From: the human T2T-CHM13v2.0 reference genome, Homo sapiens
Reading direction: 5' to 3'
Assembly: GCA_009914755.4 (NCBI GenBank)
Contig: CP068257.2
Coordinates: 42,656,001 to 42,720,000, forward strand
Length of the DNA: 64,000 nucleotides
The translations under genes and the position numbers were made by a program. This document shows positions 12,079 to 25,412 of this stretch, piece by piece. The notes under the pieces are model-generated. The model made no database searches. It had not been told where the DNA came from and was given only the letters and a program-made list of their open reading frames with translations. Position 1 is the first letter of the stretch. Each line of letters starts with the position of its first letter.

Positions 12079-14300
12079 GTGGGTGCCGTCCAGCCTGCTG
12101 GGGGCCGCAGGTGTCCTGGTGCACTGGGTAGCGCCCCTGGGGTTTTGGGACCAGCCTTGACCAACTCATCTATCACTCATGGGTTCATCAGCAGCTGCAG
12201 GTGCCCCTTGGGGGCGGGACACGCAAGGAGTGGGGGGCTACGGGGCTGACCTCAGTGAGGCACCTGTGGTCCTGCCCCCAGTGGGCAGGAGGCGGAGAGG
12301 GTCACTCAGGCTGCCGCCGCCCCAGGCTCAGCCCCGTGGTCAGTGTGGGGAGCTTGGTGAGGCTGCTTACTGGGGTGGGACTGCTGAGCCTGGGGCGGTG
12401 GGAGGTGGTTGGTTGTGAGGGAGTGGCCCCAGCAAGGTCCAGACGGCAGGGCTGTGGGGGTGGCGAGGCCAGGAGCTGGGCCAGTGGGGAGCAGGGCCTT
12501 CCCCTGAGGGCGGTCGGGGCCCAGGGGTGGGTTCTAGGCTGGAAAGATGTGTCGGAACGTGGCTGTAGCCACAGGGTGGACAGGAGGTCCCGGAAGCAGG
12601 AGAGGGTGGGGAGGCTGCTGGGAGGCCGAGACCGCCTCTGGGAGGGATGGGGGGGTGCCTGGTGGGGAGGGGTGTGTCTGGAGTGGGGGTGCCTGGAATG
12701 CCGCCCTCTGGTTCCCTTGGGGTGGAGTTGGGGGCTCTGGCCTAGAACAGGCTGACACTGCCCTGTGGACCCTGAGACCCCTCAACTGGGACAGGTCGGC
12801 CCCTTGGTGGGGTGGGGCTCAATGGTGGACCAGAGGCACGGGCCATTCAGGCTGTCCTTCGCCCACACCCGACCATGCAGGGCAAGGCCAGGGGCCCCCG
12901 TGGCTCTAGCTCTGTCCTCTGTGCGCTGAGGCTGAGGCAGGACCACTGGAACCAGCCCTGGGGGCAGAGGGTGGGTTTGGGACTGACACGGTATCCCTGT
13001 CCCCGTGTGAAGGTGGCAGCGTCACTCCCATCTGTGTGGACACTGGTTCCACCTCCGCGTGGCTGTACAGTGCTGCCGAGGGCAGTGGGAGAGGCCGTGG
13101 GTAATGACCTGGCTTCTAGAACCTTCCCCAGTGGAGCCTAGGGGCCGGGCGGAGATGGAGCCCAACAGGCGAGGCTGGCCCAAGGTGCGGGTCCTATGAG
13201 GGGCTTGCTCTCCTAGGGCAGGGACTTCCCGGGGGTTCCGGCTCCAGTGGTGACCTTGGCCTTAGCTTATGTCTGTGACTCACATTGGGCCCTCCTGGAA
13301 GTGGCCTGGATGCAAGGTCGGCCCACCTGGTTCCTTCCTGCTCTGTGTGAGCAGCTCAGGCCCTCACTGAGAGTCTGTTTCCCCCTGTAACATGCGGGTT
13401 CCCGCCTTGCCCACCACCCAGGGTGCACTGGGGCAGGGAGGGTGGCACAGCTCTCCTGCTGGACCTGCAGCCCATCTTCCGGGTGTCTGACCTCACCTGC
13501 ACTGGCGCCACCTCCTCCAGGTAGCCCTCCACTCCCACCACACCCGGGCCCTGTCTGAGCTGCTCCAACCCTGTCCCTGTAGGAGGCATTGTGGCCCGTG
13601 GTGGGCAAACATGGGGCTTGTGGCTCAGAGCGAGTCCCACAAATGTTGGCTGGGTCATTGAAGTGGACGGCCGAAAAGCTCTTTCAGTTCCCAGAGAGCT
13701 GGGCCGCGGCTGGTGTGTGGTGCTGAGGCAGCAGCCTGAGGCTGGCAGAGGGGATGGTGTGTCCTATGTGCACCAGTGTGGACCCACAGTGGCTTCAGGG
13801 TGCAGGGTGTCCGGGGAGCCCTGGCTGGTGCCAGCGATGCGGGGCCCCTGGTTATAAGGATGAGCAGATGGAAGCTCACAGGGGCCCCAGGTACCTGGCC
13901 CAGGCTAGCCCGGGCAGGCCCCTCTGCCCTGTGCCCCGTGGAGCTGCAGCCCTGTGCGTCTTCCCGCCTGGAAGGCTTCACCAGACACAAGGGCCCAGCC
14001 CCAGCTGTGTGTGTGCTGGGCCCAGCCCCGAGGGCCCCCTTCCTCCCCTGCTGCCCTTCCCAGGCTTTCGGGCAGAGCCCTCTTGTTCACCGCCTCCAGG
14101 AGGGCGGGGCGTCCTAGTGGGCCCAGCCTCATCTCTGCCCTCGCGCTCCAGGCCTGCTTTCCTCCTGCCGGGTGGGGATTGTGCCCTGGCCCATGTGGGT
14201 TGGGAATGGTGGCCCCAGGGAGGGCTCCTGGCACCCGGGGGCTGTGTCCGGGGCAGGTTTCCCTGCCTGGCAGCTGAGCCCTGTCGTGTCTTTGACCCAG

Positions 14301-14899
<599 letters not shown>

Positions 14900-16526
14900 T
14901 AGGGAACTCAGACCTGGGGACCATGGGAGGCCCCCCACCAGCCTGTGCCTCCTGGCTGTTCTGACCCCCACCCTCTGCCAGCCCAACGTGGCAGCAGTCA
15001 GGGCCAGGGGCAGGCCCTGGGAGAGGGGCTGGGTGGGCAGAGGGTGGTGCCCATGGCGCCTGTGGCGTCACAGTCTGGGAGGCTGGTGCTGGGAGGGAGC
15101 ATTCGGGGTCTGGCCTGGCCTCGCCGTCCTTGGTCCTGATCACCGCTGGGTCTCACTTTGTCCTCTGCAAAATGGGAATGAAGTTGGAGCCAAATGGAGT
15201 GGGTCTGGGGCCAGGAAGGCACCATGGTAGGCAAAATGCCTGTGTATGAGGGTGGTCACCCTCTCAGGCAGGGCCAGAGACTGTCAGACAGGTGGGACTT
15301 GTGCTGAGGGAGACCAGGTGACTGCGCCCAGCCCTGTGACTGCACCTGGCCCTGTGACTCGTGTGCTGTGCCGAGCATTCCCAGGGAACCCACACAGCTG
15401 GACGAGGGCCACTCTATAGAGGGGAGGCTTCCTCAGAGAGGGGCCCCGCCGACCTAGCCAGGCAGCTGCTGTCCCCTCTGTGAGGCCTCAGGCTCACTCT
15501 GAAGAGCCTCTTGAGGGGCCGGGGACATCAGGGCAAGCCAGCCGCTGCTGAGCCTGGGGTGATGGAAATGCCGCTGCTGTGACCGGGCCAGCCATGCACT
15601 CCCAGCCTGCAGGCTGCTGGGTTTTCCAGCCAGTGTCTTGGATGCCTGATGCCGGGTGTGAAACAAAGGACAGTTGATCGCCCCTAGCCGCGGCTGTCAC
15701 CCAGAGCGTCAGCATTCTTGTGCTCCCTGAGCCCGTATTCCCACTGGGTGCTGCGAAGGGGCCAGGGGACCCTAGCACGTGCAGTGGTAACCTGCACTTT
15801 TCCAAGGAGCCTCATCCTGCATGGGGGGTGTCTCCGAGGCTGCTCCCTAAACAGCGTCCTGGAGAGACTGCCCAGAATAAGGTGCCGCCTGTGCCTCACT
15901 TGCAAGATGAAAAAACCTGTGTGGAACACGGAGGGCTGTCTGTGGCCCCGGGGGTCCAGCTGCTGGGCTTCTACAGGGCTGGCCACTGGTGGTCATGGGA
16001 CGGCCACGGCAACCGCAGGCCTGGCTTTCTTGTCCACTGTGGCCGGTTCCCGGGGTGGGGCTGGGGCCTGCCTTTGCAGTGTGTCCCTGGGGGGCAGCTC
16101 CTGGATGTGTCCTCTGCCCAGCCCTTTGGCCGGTGCGGACACACACCAGGGAAGTCACGACATGAGGGCCTCCACGGGAGGATCCATCGCAGCGGATGGG
16201 GCCCTGGGGACCTGGCTCCCGCCCTTGCCTTGCGCGCCTAGCGATGGCAGCGAGCGACGGTGGGTGGGTCGCATTGCATGGCACCCTGCAGCCAGCAGTG
16301 CAGGCTGGGCCTTCCAGCAGGGCAGCGAGGACTCTGTGAAATGGTGTCTGGTGTGCCGTCGTGAATGCTGGTCAGACACGTTTCCATCTCTGATGCCACC
16401 TGTTCTGGAAGCTTCCGTCAGCGTGGGGGGCTCTGGAAGCTGGGGTTTGCACATCTACAGAGGATGGGCATGTGGCTTGGGGTAGAGGGACCAAGTGGGT
16501 GTGCCAGCCTGAACCCTTCCCCACAG

Positions 16527-16652
16527 AGCAGCAAGATGGGCATGGAGGCGGTGATGGCGCTGCTGGAAGCCACGCCTGACACGCCGGCCTGCGTGGTCAC
16601 CCTCTCGGGGAACCAGTCAGTGCGGCTGCCCCTCATGGAGTGCGTGCAGATG
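16527..16652 (+). CDS. PFKL: PFKL exon 10 ([42 protein letters not shown])
   Basis: Acceptor ccccacag|AGCAGC; donor CAGATG|gtaagc; 126 nt. Confidence 0.93.
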
Positions 16653-17407
16653 GTAAGCCCTGGGCCCCCCCCATCAGAACCGCCTGGCCCCTCTCCCCAG
16701 TCCCCACTCACAGGCCCCACTGCTCTCTGGGGGCCCCAGCACTGTGAGCACCGGAGGGCAGGGCCTCGTGGCTGGCCCAGGGCATCCCAGGTCTCCAGGG
16801 AGGGGAGGGATGTGAGCACATCCCTGGGTGGGACGTGGGACCTGGGACGTTCCCCAGGAGGTGTGTCGGAGCTGCAGGGAGCCTGGTGAGCATGGGAAGT
16901 CACAGGGGTCCACGGCCACTGAGCTTCTGTAGGCAGTGGTGGGAGTTGGGGTTACGATGGGACGGAGGAGGAGGGGCCAGTGATCAGAGCAGAGCCCTGG
17001 GAGGAGCTCAGGCAGGTGATGGGGAACACTGGGGTGGCTGGAGCAGGGACCCCAGGAGAGGAGGTACGGGGAAGGCAGAGGCGAGGGGGCCGGGTGTGGG
17101 GGCTGGTCCAGCCCTGGCTCGGTGGGTTTGGAGGCCTGCAACTGGGGCAGAGTGCCCTGCCTGGAGCTGGAGCTGCTGAGAGGTGAGGAGGGCAGCTGGG
17201 GGCAGGGTAGGGCCTCCTGGTCTCAGCCAGCCCCAGAAGAGCTGGCCTTGGTGGTGACCGCTGTTCCTAGGGAGAGGCTGCCAGGCCTGGGCCAGGGTCA
17301 GGAGATGCCGGCCAGATCTGCCCTCGTCAGGCCCACCAGACAGGGCAGTAGCCATGGGTGTGCGGGCCAGGCTCTCCATAGTCTGTGTTCTGTTTCTCTT
17401 CCTTAAG

Positions 17408-17472
17408 ACCAAGGAAGTGCAGAAAGCCATGGATGACAAGAGGTTTGACGAGGCCACCCAGCTCCGTGGTGG
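17408..17472 (+). CDS. PFKL: PFKL exon 11 (TKEVQKAMDDKRFDEATQLRGG)
   Basis: Acceptor tccttaag|ACCAAG; donor GGTGG|gtaagc; 65 nt. Confidence 0.92.
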
Positions 17473-18140
17473 GTAAGCCCCCTCAGCAGACCCCTGCACT
17501 CTTACATGGCTGGGTCCCGGTGCCAGGCAGCATGTGCTGCAGTGGCGCTATGCACGCCTGGCCTGGGTCATCCTTCTAGGCACCGCGTCTGAAGATCGAG
17601 GGAGGAAGGGGCCTGCGGGTGGTACAGGAGGCGGGCTGGGAGGTGTGGTACCACAGGAGACCCTGGGCGGTGGCACGGGCAGGGCCCAGTGCACAGGGAT
17701 CTGGGCATGGCGAGGGGATGAGAAGCTGTGGATACAAGCCCAGGACATGGGGTGGCCCCGCGGGGGCTGGGAAGGCTGGCAGATGTTGGGTGTGGGTACC
17801 ACCCCCCTGCAGGCGTCCTGGCGGCCGGGTCAGGCTGGATTGGACGTCTGGGTTCCCATGCGTGCCTCCACCCGCTACCAAGGTGGCCAACCCTCCCTTG
17901 AGCTGGATGCCGGCCACGTGCTTTGCTGCACGGGCTGGCGTGGCCTCGTGTTGTGTTGGGGGTCTCGCACCTTCTGTGGAAGGTGCCCTGCCTGGCATGC
18001 GCGGTGTCTGCTGCCTCATGGCTGAGCTTCCATCGGGCCGTGTGCCTGTGACCAGCCTCCTGGGCTCTGTCACGGCTGCGCTGTGGCTGTACGCCGTGGC
18101 GCTGCAGGGCTGTGCATGGTGTGACCCGAATCCCTTCCAG

Positions 18141-18204
18141 GAGCTTCGAGAACAACTGGAACATTTACAAGCTCCTCGCCCACCAGAAGCCCCCCAAGGA
18201 GAAG
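18141..18204 (+). CDS. PFKL: PFKL exon 12 (SFENNWNIYKLLAHQKPPKEK)
   Basis: Acceptor ccttccag|GAGCTTC; donor GAGAAG|gtgagg; 64 nt. Confidence 0.93.
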
Positions 18205-18508
18205 GTGAGGCAGGGAGCGGCGCCCACAGAGGGAGGAACGGGCTCAGTTATTCTGCAGCCTCTTCACGCTGGCCCCGTGGCTGGGCCTGCCTGCCCCCAC
18301 CTTCCCTCCTGCTGGGGTCCGAGCTGTGAGCTGGGAGGGTGGGCCTGACCTCTGCCTGGGCTCAGGCACCACTGTGGCTGGCAGGTCCCGGGTGCTGGGA
18401 CCCTGGCTGCAGGGCTGGCTGTTGCTTCTCAGTGGTGGATGGAAATGAAGTCAGGCCACAGGCTTAACTCAGGAGAGGAGAAGCCATTGTGTAGAAAATG
18501 TCCCCCGG

Positions 18509-18813
<305 letters not shown>

Positions 18814-19785
18814 TCAGGAAATGGGATCTCTCCAAAATAAGGATGAAATGGCTTGTTTCTAAAGTCCTGGGGGACGAGGGTCCTGTAGAGAGAGTCACGG
18901 CCAGTGAGGTCCTGGCTCCCAAGCCCCTTGAGCCACAGCCGGAGCTGCAGGCCGGGGCAGACAGCGTGGCCCAGCCTGAGTCTGGTCCTCCCTTCCGTGG
19001 ACATCTTTGGGTGTCCCTGCTGCTCCAGCCTCCTGCTTATCCCCAGAGCTAGTCAGCGGGCTCTACCCTCCGTGGTGGGGCAACCTGGTCTCCACGAACC
19101 CAGAACCTGGCAGGGGCGTGACTGGCTTTGTGGGCAGCAGGGCTGGCTCGTACCAGGACCCAGTGGGGCCATGTGGCTATGGAGCCCTTGGGTGTGGCTG
19201 CTGCCAAGTGGGATGTGCTGCACGTGACAGGTGCACGCCAGGTTCAGAGCCTCAGCACGGTGGGTGGAGGGGAGGTGGTGGCGGCCGTCACTGGATTCAC
19301 ATGGATGTGGTGGGGTTTTGGGTCCATCAGGTTAAATTAACTGTAGTCCTGATGGGACTGTCTCCATGTCTTTTCCCTTCCCTTAACGTGGCTACTAGAA
19401 AACAGGATAGCCAGGGCCCCTTCCTTACTCGTGGCTGTGCACCCCCCACCCTCCCGCCCGCTGCCAGCCCCTTGTGTGGGCACTGACCTGTGTTCCCGCC
19501 CGCAAGCCTGGCTTCACAACAGTGCTCGCCCCCTCTGCCTCCTCTGTTGCCTGCGTGCCAGGGGGCCAGGCTTGCACCGTGTCTCTTTTGGTCTTCACCA
19601 GAATCTTCTGGAATTAGAACAGATACCGTATTCCCAGGGCAGTTGGGCGGTGTGCTGGGCAGCGTCCAGGCTGCTGGCAGGGCCTGGCCCCTTTTTCCAG
19701 AACCTGCCGGCCTGCTGACCTCCTGTGCAGGTTGGGGGTCCCCTCCCCGGCTGTGCCTCACGCTCATCTCCCCTTCTCTCTGAAG

Positions 19786-19932
19786 TCTAACTTCTCCCTG
19801 GCCATCCTGAATGTGGGGGCCCCGGCGGCTGGCATGAATGCGGCCGTGCGCTCGGCGGTGCGGACCGGCATCTCCCATGGACACACAGTATACGTGGTGC
19901 ACGATGGCTTCGAAGGCCTAGCCAAGGGTCAG
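19786..19932 (+). CDS. PFKL: PFKL exon 13 ([49 protein letters not shown])
   Basis: Acceptor tctctgaag|TCTAAC; donor GGTCAG|gtgggt; 147 nt; encodes the second PFK-domain GMNAAVR motif. Confidence 0.93.
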
Positions 19933-20189
19933 GTGGGTCCGGCCGGGGCAAACAAGTGAGGACTTGGGCCTTCTGTGTGCACACTTGGGGCATTTCCTGT
20001 GGAAGGCCGGCTGCTGGAGGTGGAGGCCGAGACCTGGGTCCGCGTGTCGGTGCCCACCCGGGCCTGGGTACTCAGCTCTGCCTGCAGCGTGATGCCCAAC
20101 ACTGGCTGGCCCCCGGGCACAGGCCCACCCCTGGGGGGAATTGGCCAGAGGCTCAGGCTGGCCCCTGAAGCTGCATCTCCTCCTGGCAG

Positions 20190-20260
20190 GTGCAAGAAGT
20201 AGGCTGGCACGACGTGGCCGGCTGGTTGGGGCGTGGTGGCTCCATGCTGGGGACCAAGAG
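20190..20260 (+). CDS. PFKL: PFKL exon 14 ([24 protein letters not shown])
   Basis: Acceptor tcctggcag|GTGCAAG; donor AAGAG|gtgagc; 71 nt. Confidence 0.93.
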
Positions 20261-21018
20261 GTGAGCTGCCTGCTGCGGGTACCTGGGGACAGGAGGGCCA
20301 GGGCGCAGTATCCAGGCCCTGCAGGTGGGGGCGGCAAGGGGAACCCAGCCCGGGGCCCTGGGCTCGGCCCCTCTTCCTGCTGGTGGTCTGCCCAGAGCAG
20401 GCTTCACGCCTCCTGCCTGGGGCTTCCTGGCCTGAGCTCCGCTGTGTAGGGCAGGCTGCTCTGGCGGCCCCATGCCCATGGTGGGCTCTCCGTGGCAAGG
20501 AAGCTGGCGAGCGTCTGTCCCTGCCTGGCCAGGCCAGGCAGCCTGCACTGTCAGCACTCTGGCTGAGGCTATGGGCCTGTCTGATGGCTTTTGTCCCAGG
20601 GCCTGAGACCCTTCTGTGGGCATGGGGTGGGCACAGTCCCCCTGTGTGACTACAGGGGAAGTTGCTGAGTCCTGAGCCACTGAGTGGCTGCAAGGGCCAG
20701 AGGAAGCATCCGCTCCTGCCGCTGAGTGTTGGGCGAGAAAGCCTCGGGCAGGAACGGGTTCCCACGGGGAGCCCAGCGGGGTGGGGGGTTCACTCGGTTG
20801 CCTGGCCGGTGCCTGGTGATGCTGAGTGGTGCCCAGGCGGCTCACGCTGGGCCTGTGTGTCCCTCTCCGTGTGGAGCCACAGCGCCACATCCCGGGCATT
20901 GCAGCGACTGCTGACTGGCTCGGGGAACGGCCAAGGCAATGCCTTTCTGTGATCAGATGCAATCTGGACACGCGTCCCCGGGTGCTGCGTGTTCATGCGG
21001 ATGTGTCTTTGACTGCAG

Positions 21019-21106
21019 GACCCTGCCCAAGGGCCAGCTGGAGTCCATTGTGGAGAACATCCGCATCTATGGTATTCACGCCCTGCTGGTGGTCGGTGGG
21101 TTTGAG
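21019..21106 (+). CDS. PFKL: PFKL exon 15 (TLPKGQLESIVENIRIYGIHALLVVGGFE)
   Basis: Acceptor gactgcag|GACCCTG; donor TTTGAG|gtgaga; 88 nt. Confidence 0.93.
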
Positions 21107-21184
21107 GTGAGAGCTGCCCACGGACGAAAAAGCCCCAGGGCACAGGAGACCCAAGGTGTCCTCCCGCCGAGGGGGCCCATCCTG

Positions 21185-21340
21185 AAAACCCGTGTGCTGG
21201 CTGGGCCGATGCAGGGGCCGAGAGGGTCGGGGTTTTAAGTGCTGTGTGTGGGCTCGGGAGGGCACCCGTGTGCCAGCTGGGCTGATGCAGGGGCCGAGAG
21301 GGTTGGGGTTTTAAGTGCTGTGTGTGGGCTCGGGAGGGTT
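21185..21340. repeat. Tandem duplication (2 x about 75 bp) in PFKL intron 15
   Basis: tgctggctgggccgatgcaggggccgagagggtcggggttttaagtgctgtgtgtgggctcgggagggcacccgtgtgccagctgggctgatgcaggggccgagagggttggggttttaagtgctgtgtgtgggctcgggaggg. Confidence 0.85.
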
Positions 21341-21822
21341 CTTTACTTTCTCCGGAAAGCTTCACAAGGTTCCGATTAACCCCAGTGCTGGGGAGGGGCA
21401 GGGGAGGAAGGGGACTCGGAAGCTGGAGGACGAGAAAGAAGGGAGGCGGAGGAGGCAGAGGTGTAGGTGCTGGACGGCATCGCTGAACGTGGTGTCCTGG
21501 CACTGGGCAAGCTGTCACTAAATAATGAATAAATGACAGCCCTTCCCCCTTGCCCTCCATGGAGTGGATCTGGGGTCAGAGTGGGTTGGAGGAGACTCCT
21601 GACCCTCCTTAGAGTCCAGTTTCCCTGGTAGGCATCCTGAGATGACACCAGGCTGACTGCCTGGCCCAGCCCCAGGGGATTGAGCAGGTGGGTCCTGGCG
21701 TCCAGCACGGGGCACATGACAGGTCAGCAGGGAGCAGGGCTGGGCGGCCGCCGGCAGAGCCTGTCCCTGGCCCACCCTGGCCTCGGTGCTGCCCTTGACC
21801 TGCCCCGTCCCTACTGCTGCAG

Positions 21823-21975
21823 GCCTATGAAGGGGTGCTGCAGCTGGTGGAGGCTCGCGGGCGCTACGAGGAGCTCTGCATCGTCATGTGTGTCATCCCA
21901 GCCACCATCAGCAACAACGTCCCTGGCACCGACTTCAGCCTGGGCTCCGACACTGCTGTAAATGCCGCCATGGAG
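21823..21975 (+). CDS. PFKL: PFKL exon 16 ([51 protein letters not shown])
   Basis: Acceptor ctgctgcag|GCCTAT; donor ATGGAG|gtacgg; 153 nt. Confidence 0.93.
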
Positions 21976-22547
21976 GTACGGGGCTCCTGGACACCGGCCT
22001 GCCATGCCCAGGCCCTTGTGGGGTGGGGCTGAGCCTACGGAGGCTGCTGGAGGGGATAGTGTGTGGTGAGCACCTGGGAGGGCTGCCAGGGTTGGGGTTT
22101 GTGGGGCACAGGCCCGGGTGAAGGGGCTCAGCTCCCTGCCATAGCCACTTCCAGGTCCAGGGGGGCCCTGCGTTGTTCCTCGCTACTGTGATGAGCTCAG
22201 ATGGGGAGACTGAGGCGGGAATGTCCCTGCGCCCCAGTGCTGGGTAGTCTAAGAGCAGCGCCTGGCCTCTGTCCAAGGGTGCCGGGGACACCCCTGCCCA
22301 CTCACAGCCAGTGTGTGTGCAGGCTGCTGTCCACTGTGCCCTGGGGGGTGGGGTCGCCTGGTTGAGAACCCCTGGTCCTGTGGGGCCCAGGTGGGAGGTG
22401 GGCCCAAGCCTGGTGCTGCTGGCTGTCTGGGTGCGTCAGCCCCAGGCTGGCTTTGGAGACACAGGGCTCCCTGCAGGGTAGCCATGCCGACGGCCTACAG
22501 GGAAGGGTGGGCACGTGGAGGACCCCCGACCCCCCCTTGTCCCCCAG

Positions 22548-22712
22548 AGCTGTGACCGCATCAAACAGTCTGCCTCGGGGACCAAGCGCCGTGTGTTCAT
22601 CGTGGAGACCATGGGGGGTTACTGTGGCTACCTGGCCACCGTGACTGGCATTGCTGTGGGGGCCGACGCCGCCTACGTCTTCGAGGACCCTTTCAACATC
22701 CACGACTTAAAG
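22548..22712 (+). CDS. PFKL: PFKL exon 17 ([55 protein letters not shown])
   Basis: Acceptor gtcccccag|AGCTGT; donor TTAAAG|gtgagc; 165 nt. Confidence 0.93.
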
Positions 22713-22911
22713 GTGAGCCCAGCCCAGCCCCTGCTGCGGCAGACCTGCCGGCATGCCAGCCTGGGCCCCAGACACTCAGGCCGGCCAGCGCAGGGCAGGG
22801 CCCGGGCAGGTGGGACGCGTAGCCCAGTGCTCCTGCTGGCCCCGGATCGCCGGTCAGCCTGGAATTCCCTCCCCACAGTCCTCCGGCTCATCCGTGTCCG
22901 CCCCTCCCGCA

Positions 22912-22973
22912 GGTCAACGTGGAGCACATGACGGAGAAGATGAAGACAGACATTCAGAGGGGCCTGGTGCTGC
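22912..22973 (+). CDS. PFKL: PFKL exon 18 ([21 protein letters not shown])
   Basis: Acceptor cctcccgcag|GTCAAC; donor CTGCG|gtgagg; 62 nt. Confidence 0.93.
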
Positions 22974-23209
22974 GGTGAGGCTGCCGTGGGTCCCTGGCCA
23001 CAGCTGCGCGTCCAACTCTCGGGGCTGGGGTGGGGCTGCTGAGGAGCGGCTGGGCAGGAGAAGGCAGGAGGGGTCCTTGGAGAGGGTGGGCCAGGGCGGC
23101 TTTCCTGGGAGCTGCCACTCCCTCTCCCAGGCCTGGCCCAGCGGGGACTCAGGATCGGGGGGAGACCTGAACTCGTTCCCGCCGACTCAGGCCCTGCTGC
23201 CCCTCTCAG

Positions 23210-23321
23210 GAACGAGAAGTGCCATGACTACTACACCACGGAGTTCCTGTACAACCTGTACTCATCAGAGGGCAAGGGCGTCTTCGACTGCAGGACCAAT
23301 GTCCTGGGCCACCTGCAGCAG
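23210..23321 (+). CDS. PFKL: PFKL exon 19 ([37 protein letters not shown])
   Basis: Acceptor cccctctcag|GAACGAG; donor CAGCAG|gtgtgg; 112 nt. Confidence 0.93.
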
Positions 23322-24017
23322 GTGTGGGGCAGGGGTGAGGCTCTGAGAGGCCTGCCCCTCTTTCCTGCCACCATCTGTCCCCGGCCCCAGGGGTCCCAGC
23401 CCTCACGGGCACCCACGGGCACTCCCGGCAGGCCCTCGGGCACGTGTGCCCTTCCCCAGTGAGGGGACCGAGGCCTGTATCTAGGTGAGGTCTCATTTCA
23501 AGAAGGGGTGGGGCTGGGGCTGGAGCCGGGGCCCGAGCCAGGGCATTCACATGCTGAGCCGAGCTCCCCACCCCTGCCAGGCCTCCCGCGGCCACTTCCG
23601 CCGAACCCCTCACCTAGATCCCCGCATGCTCCCTGCCTTATGGTGGCCCTGCAGGAAGCCCGCGTCCTGGGGTTTTCTGAGCCAGGGAGGGGAGTCAGGG
23701 TGGCTGGGCATGGGGCCCGAGGTGATGGGGCCCGAGGTGGGGCCGCTGGCTGCCGATGCAGGGCCCAGGAGTCACTTGACTTGGCCAGGGGCAGCCGACT
23801 GCCGGCCTCGGGAGGCAGCTTCTGGCCTGGACTTGGAGCTGGAGAGAGCAGGCAGGGTCCTCGATCGGGAACAGACGGGAACGGTGCACGGGTTGGAAGG
23901 AATGGGTGTTCACAAGCTGCCTGGGAGGCTCCCCGTGGGGATCCTGTCTGCACTGGCGTTGGCCTTGGCCCAGGCAGCCCAGGGGAGTCCAGGGAACCGG
24001 GCCTCACCTGTTTCCAG

Positions 24018-24117
24018 GGTGGCGCTCCAACCCCCTTTGACCGGAACTATGGGACCAAGCTGGGGGTGAAGGCCATGCTGTGGTTGTCGGAGAAGCTGCG
24101 CGAGGTTTACCGCAAGG
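24018..24117 (+). CDS. PFKL: PFKL exon 20 (GGAPTPFDRNYGTKLGVKAMLWLSEKLREVYRK)
   Basis: Acceptor ctgtttccag|GGTGGC; donor CGCAAGG|gtaggt; 100 nt. Confidence 0.93.
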
Positions 24118-24215
24118 GTAGGTGGTGGGTGCGACCCGAGGCCTCACTTTGCCCTCCCCTGGCTCCCTGGGGCAGGGCCTCACCATGGAGGGCTGCCACG
24201 TGCCTCTGTTTGCAG

Positions 24216-24321
24216 GACGGGTGTTCGCCAATGCCCCAGACTCGGCCTGCGTGATCGGCCTGAAGAAGAAGGCGGTGGCCTTCAGCCCCGTCACTGAGCT
24301 CAAGAAAGACACTGATTTCGA
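24216..24321 (+). CDS. PFKL: PFKL exon 21 ([36 protein letters not shown])
   Basis: Acceptor ctgtttgcag|GACGGG; donor TTCGA|gtgagt; 106 nt. Confidence 0.92.
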
Positions 24322-24771
24322 GTGAGTTCCACCAAAGCCTCGTGGAGGCGGGTGGGGCTGAGGGGTGGCCCAGACCTTCCCTGAGGCCGGTGTGCCAGAC
24401 CCAGCCCCACTGGCACCCTGACCCCGCAAGGCCTCCTGGGCCCCCATGCCCAGGTCCCCGCCAGGCCGTGGAGAGCAGGGACCATGCCCAAGTCTTCTGA
24501 GCACAACACTGGGCAATCCTTTCGGGTGGGCATGGGGGCACAGCGGGTAGCCAGGAGTGGGCACGCTTGAGGGCGGCTGAGGCTGACTCTGTGCTGTGCC
24601 TCCGAGGGATGGGGACCCCAGACCTGTCCCAGCTCCACGGATACCGAGATGTTCAGACAGAGGGGCATGCACAGGCTGCAGGGTCGGGGGGGGTGGGGGG
24701 GCTGGGGACGTGGCTGAAGAGCTGCCCTGACCCCTGACTCCCCATCATCCTCCCATCCCCGTCCTGCACAG

Positions 24772-24919
24772 GCACCGCATGCCACGGGAGCAGTGGTGGC
24801 TGAGCCTGCGGCTCATGCTGAAGATGCTGGCACAATACCGCATCAGTATGGCCGCCTACGTGTCAGGGGAGCTGGAGCACGTGACCCGCCGCACCCTGAG
24901 CATGGACAAGGGCTTCTGA
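24772..24919 (+). CDS. PFKL: PFKL exon 22 coding part (HRMPREQWWLSLRLMLKMLAQYRISMAAYVSGELEHVTRRTLSMDKGF*)
   Basis: Acceptor gtcctgcacag|GCACCGC; TGA stop at 24917-24919. Confidence 0.93.
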
Positions 24920-25412
24920 GGCCAGCCATGCCCACGCCCCTCCCCAGCCCCCACCCATGCCAGCGCAGCGCCAGGGCTCAGATGGGGCCTGGGCTGTTGT
25001 GTCTGGAGCCTGCAGGCAGGTGGGGGCTGCGTCCCTGCTCAGCCCATCCCCTGCCTCTATCCCTGGCCACCTGCCAGGCCTCCCTCCGGCTGGTGTCTTG
25101 AGACCAGCCTGCCAGGCCCTCCAGCAGGAGGACAGAGTGCCCTGGGGCATCCACCTTCCTGCCCAGGGGACGTGGCGCTGTCGGTGTTTGGAGGCTGCTG
25201 CCCCCTGGCTTTGGCGCCCCATGGGCCCTCAGCGTCTCCCCATGCTGGGCTCACTACATGGGCCAGCCCTTGCTCTACCTGGCCGGTAGGCTGCTGGCGC
25301 CTAGGTTGTGTTGAGAGGGGGATGCCCCTGGCCCTGCCTCACTGTGACCTGCTCCTGCCCACGTGCAGCACCTGTCACCTTTTCTAGAAATAAAATCACC
25401 CTGACTGTGGGG
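24920..25412 (+). other. PFKL: PFKL 3' UTR (approximate 3' end)
   Basis: Follows the stop codon; canonical AATAAA lies about 20 nt before the inferred cleavage site. Confidence 0.7.
25389..25394 (+). promoter_or_regulatory. PFKL: PFKL polyadenylation signal AATAAA
   Basis: gaaATAAAatcaccctgactg downstream of the stop codon; the first canonical hexamer in the 3' UTR. Confidence 0.7.
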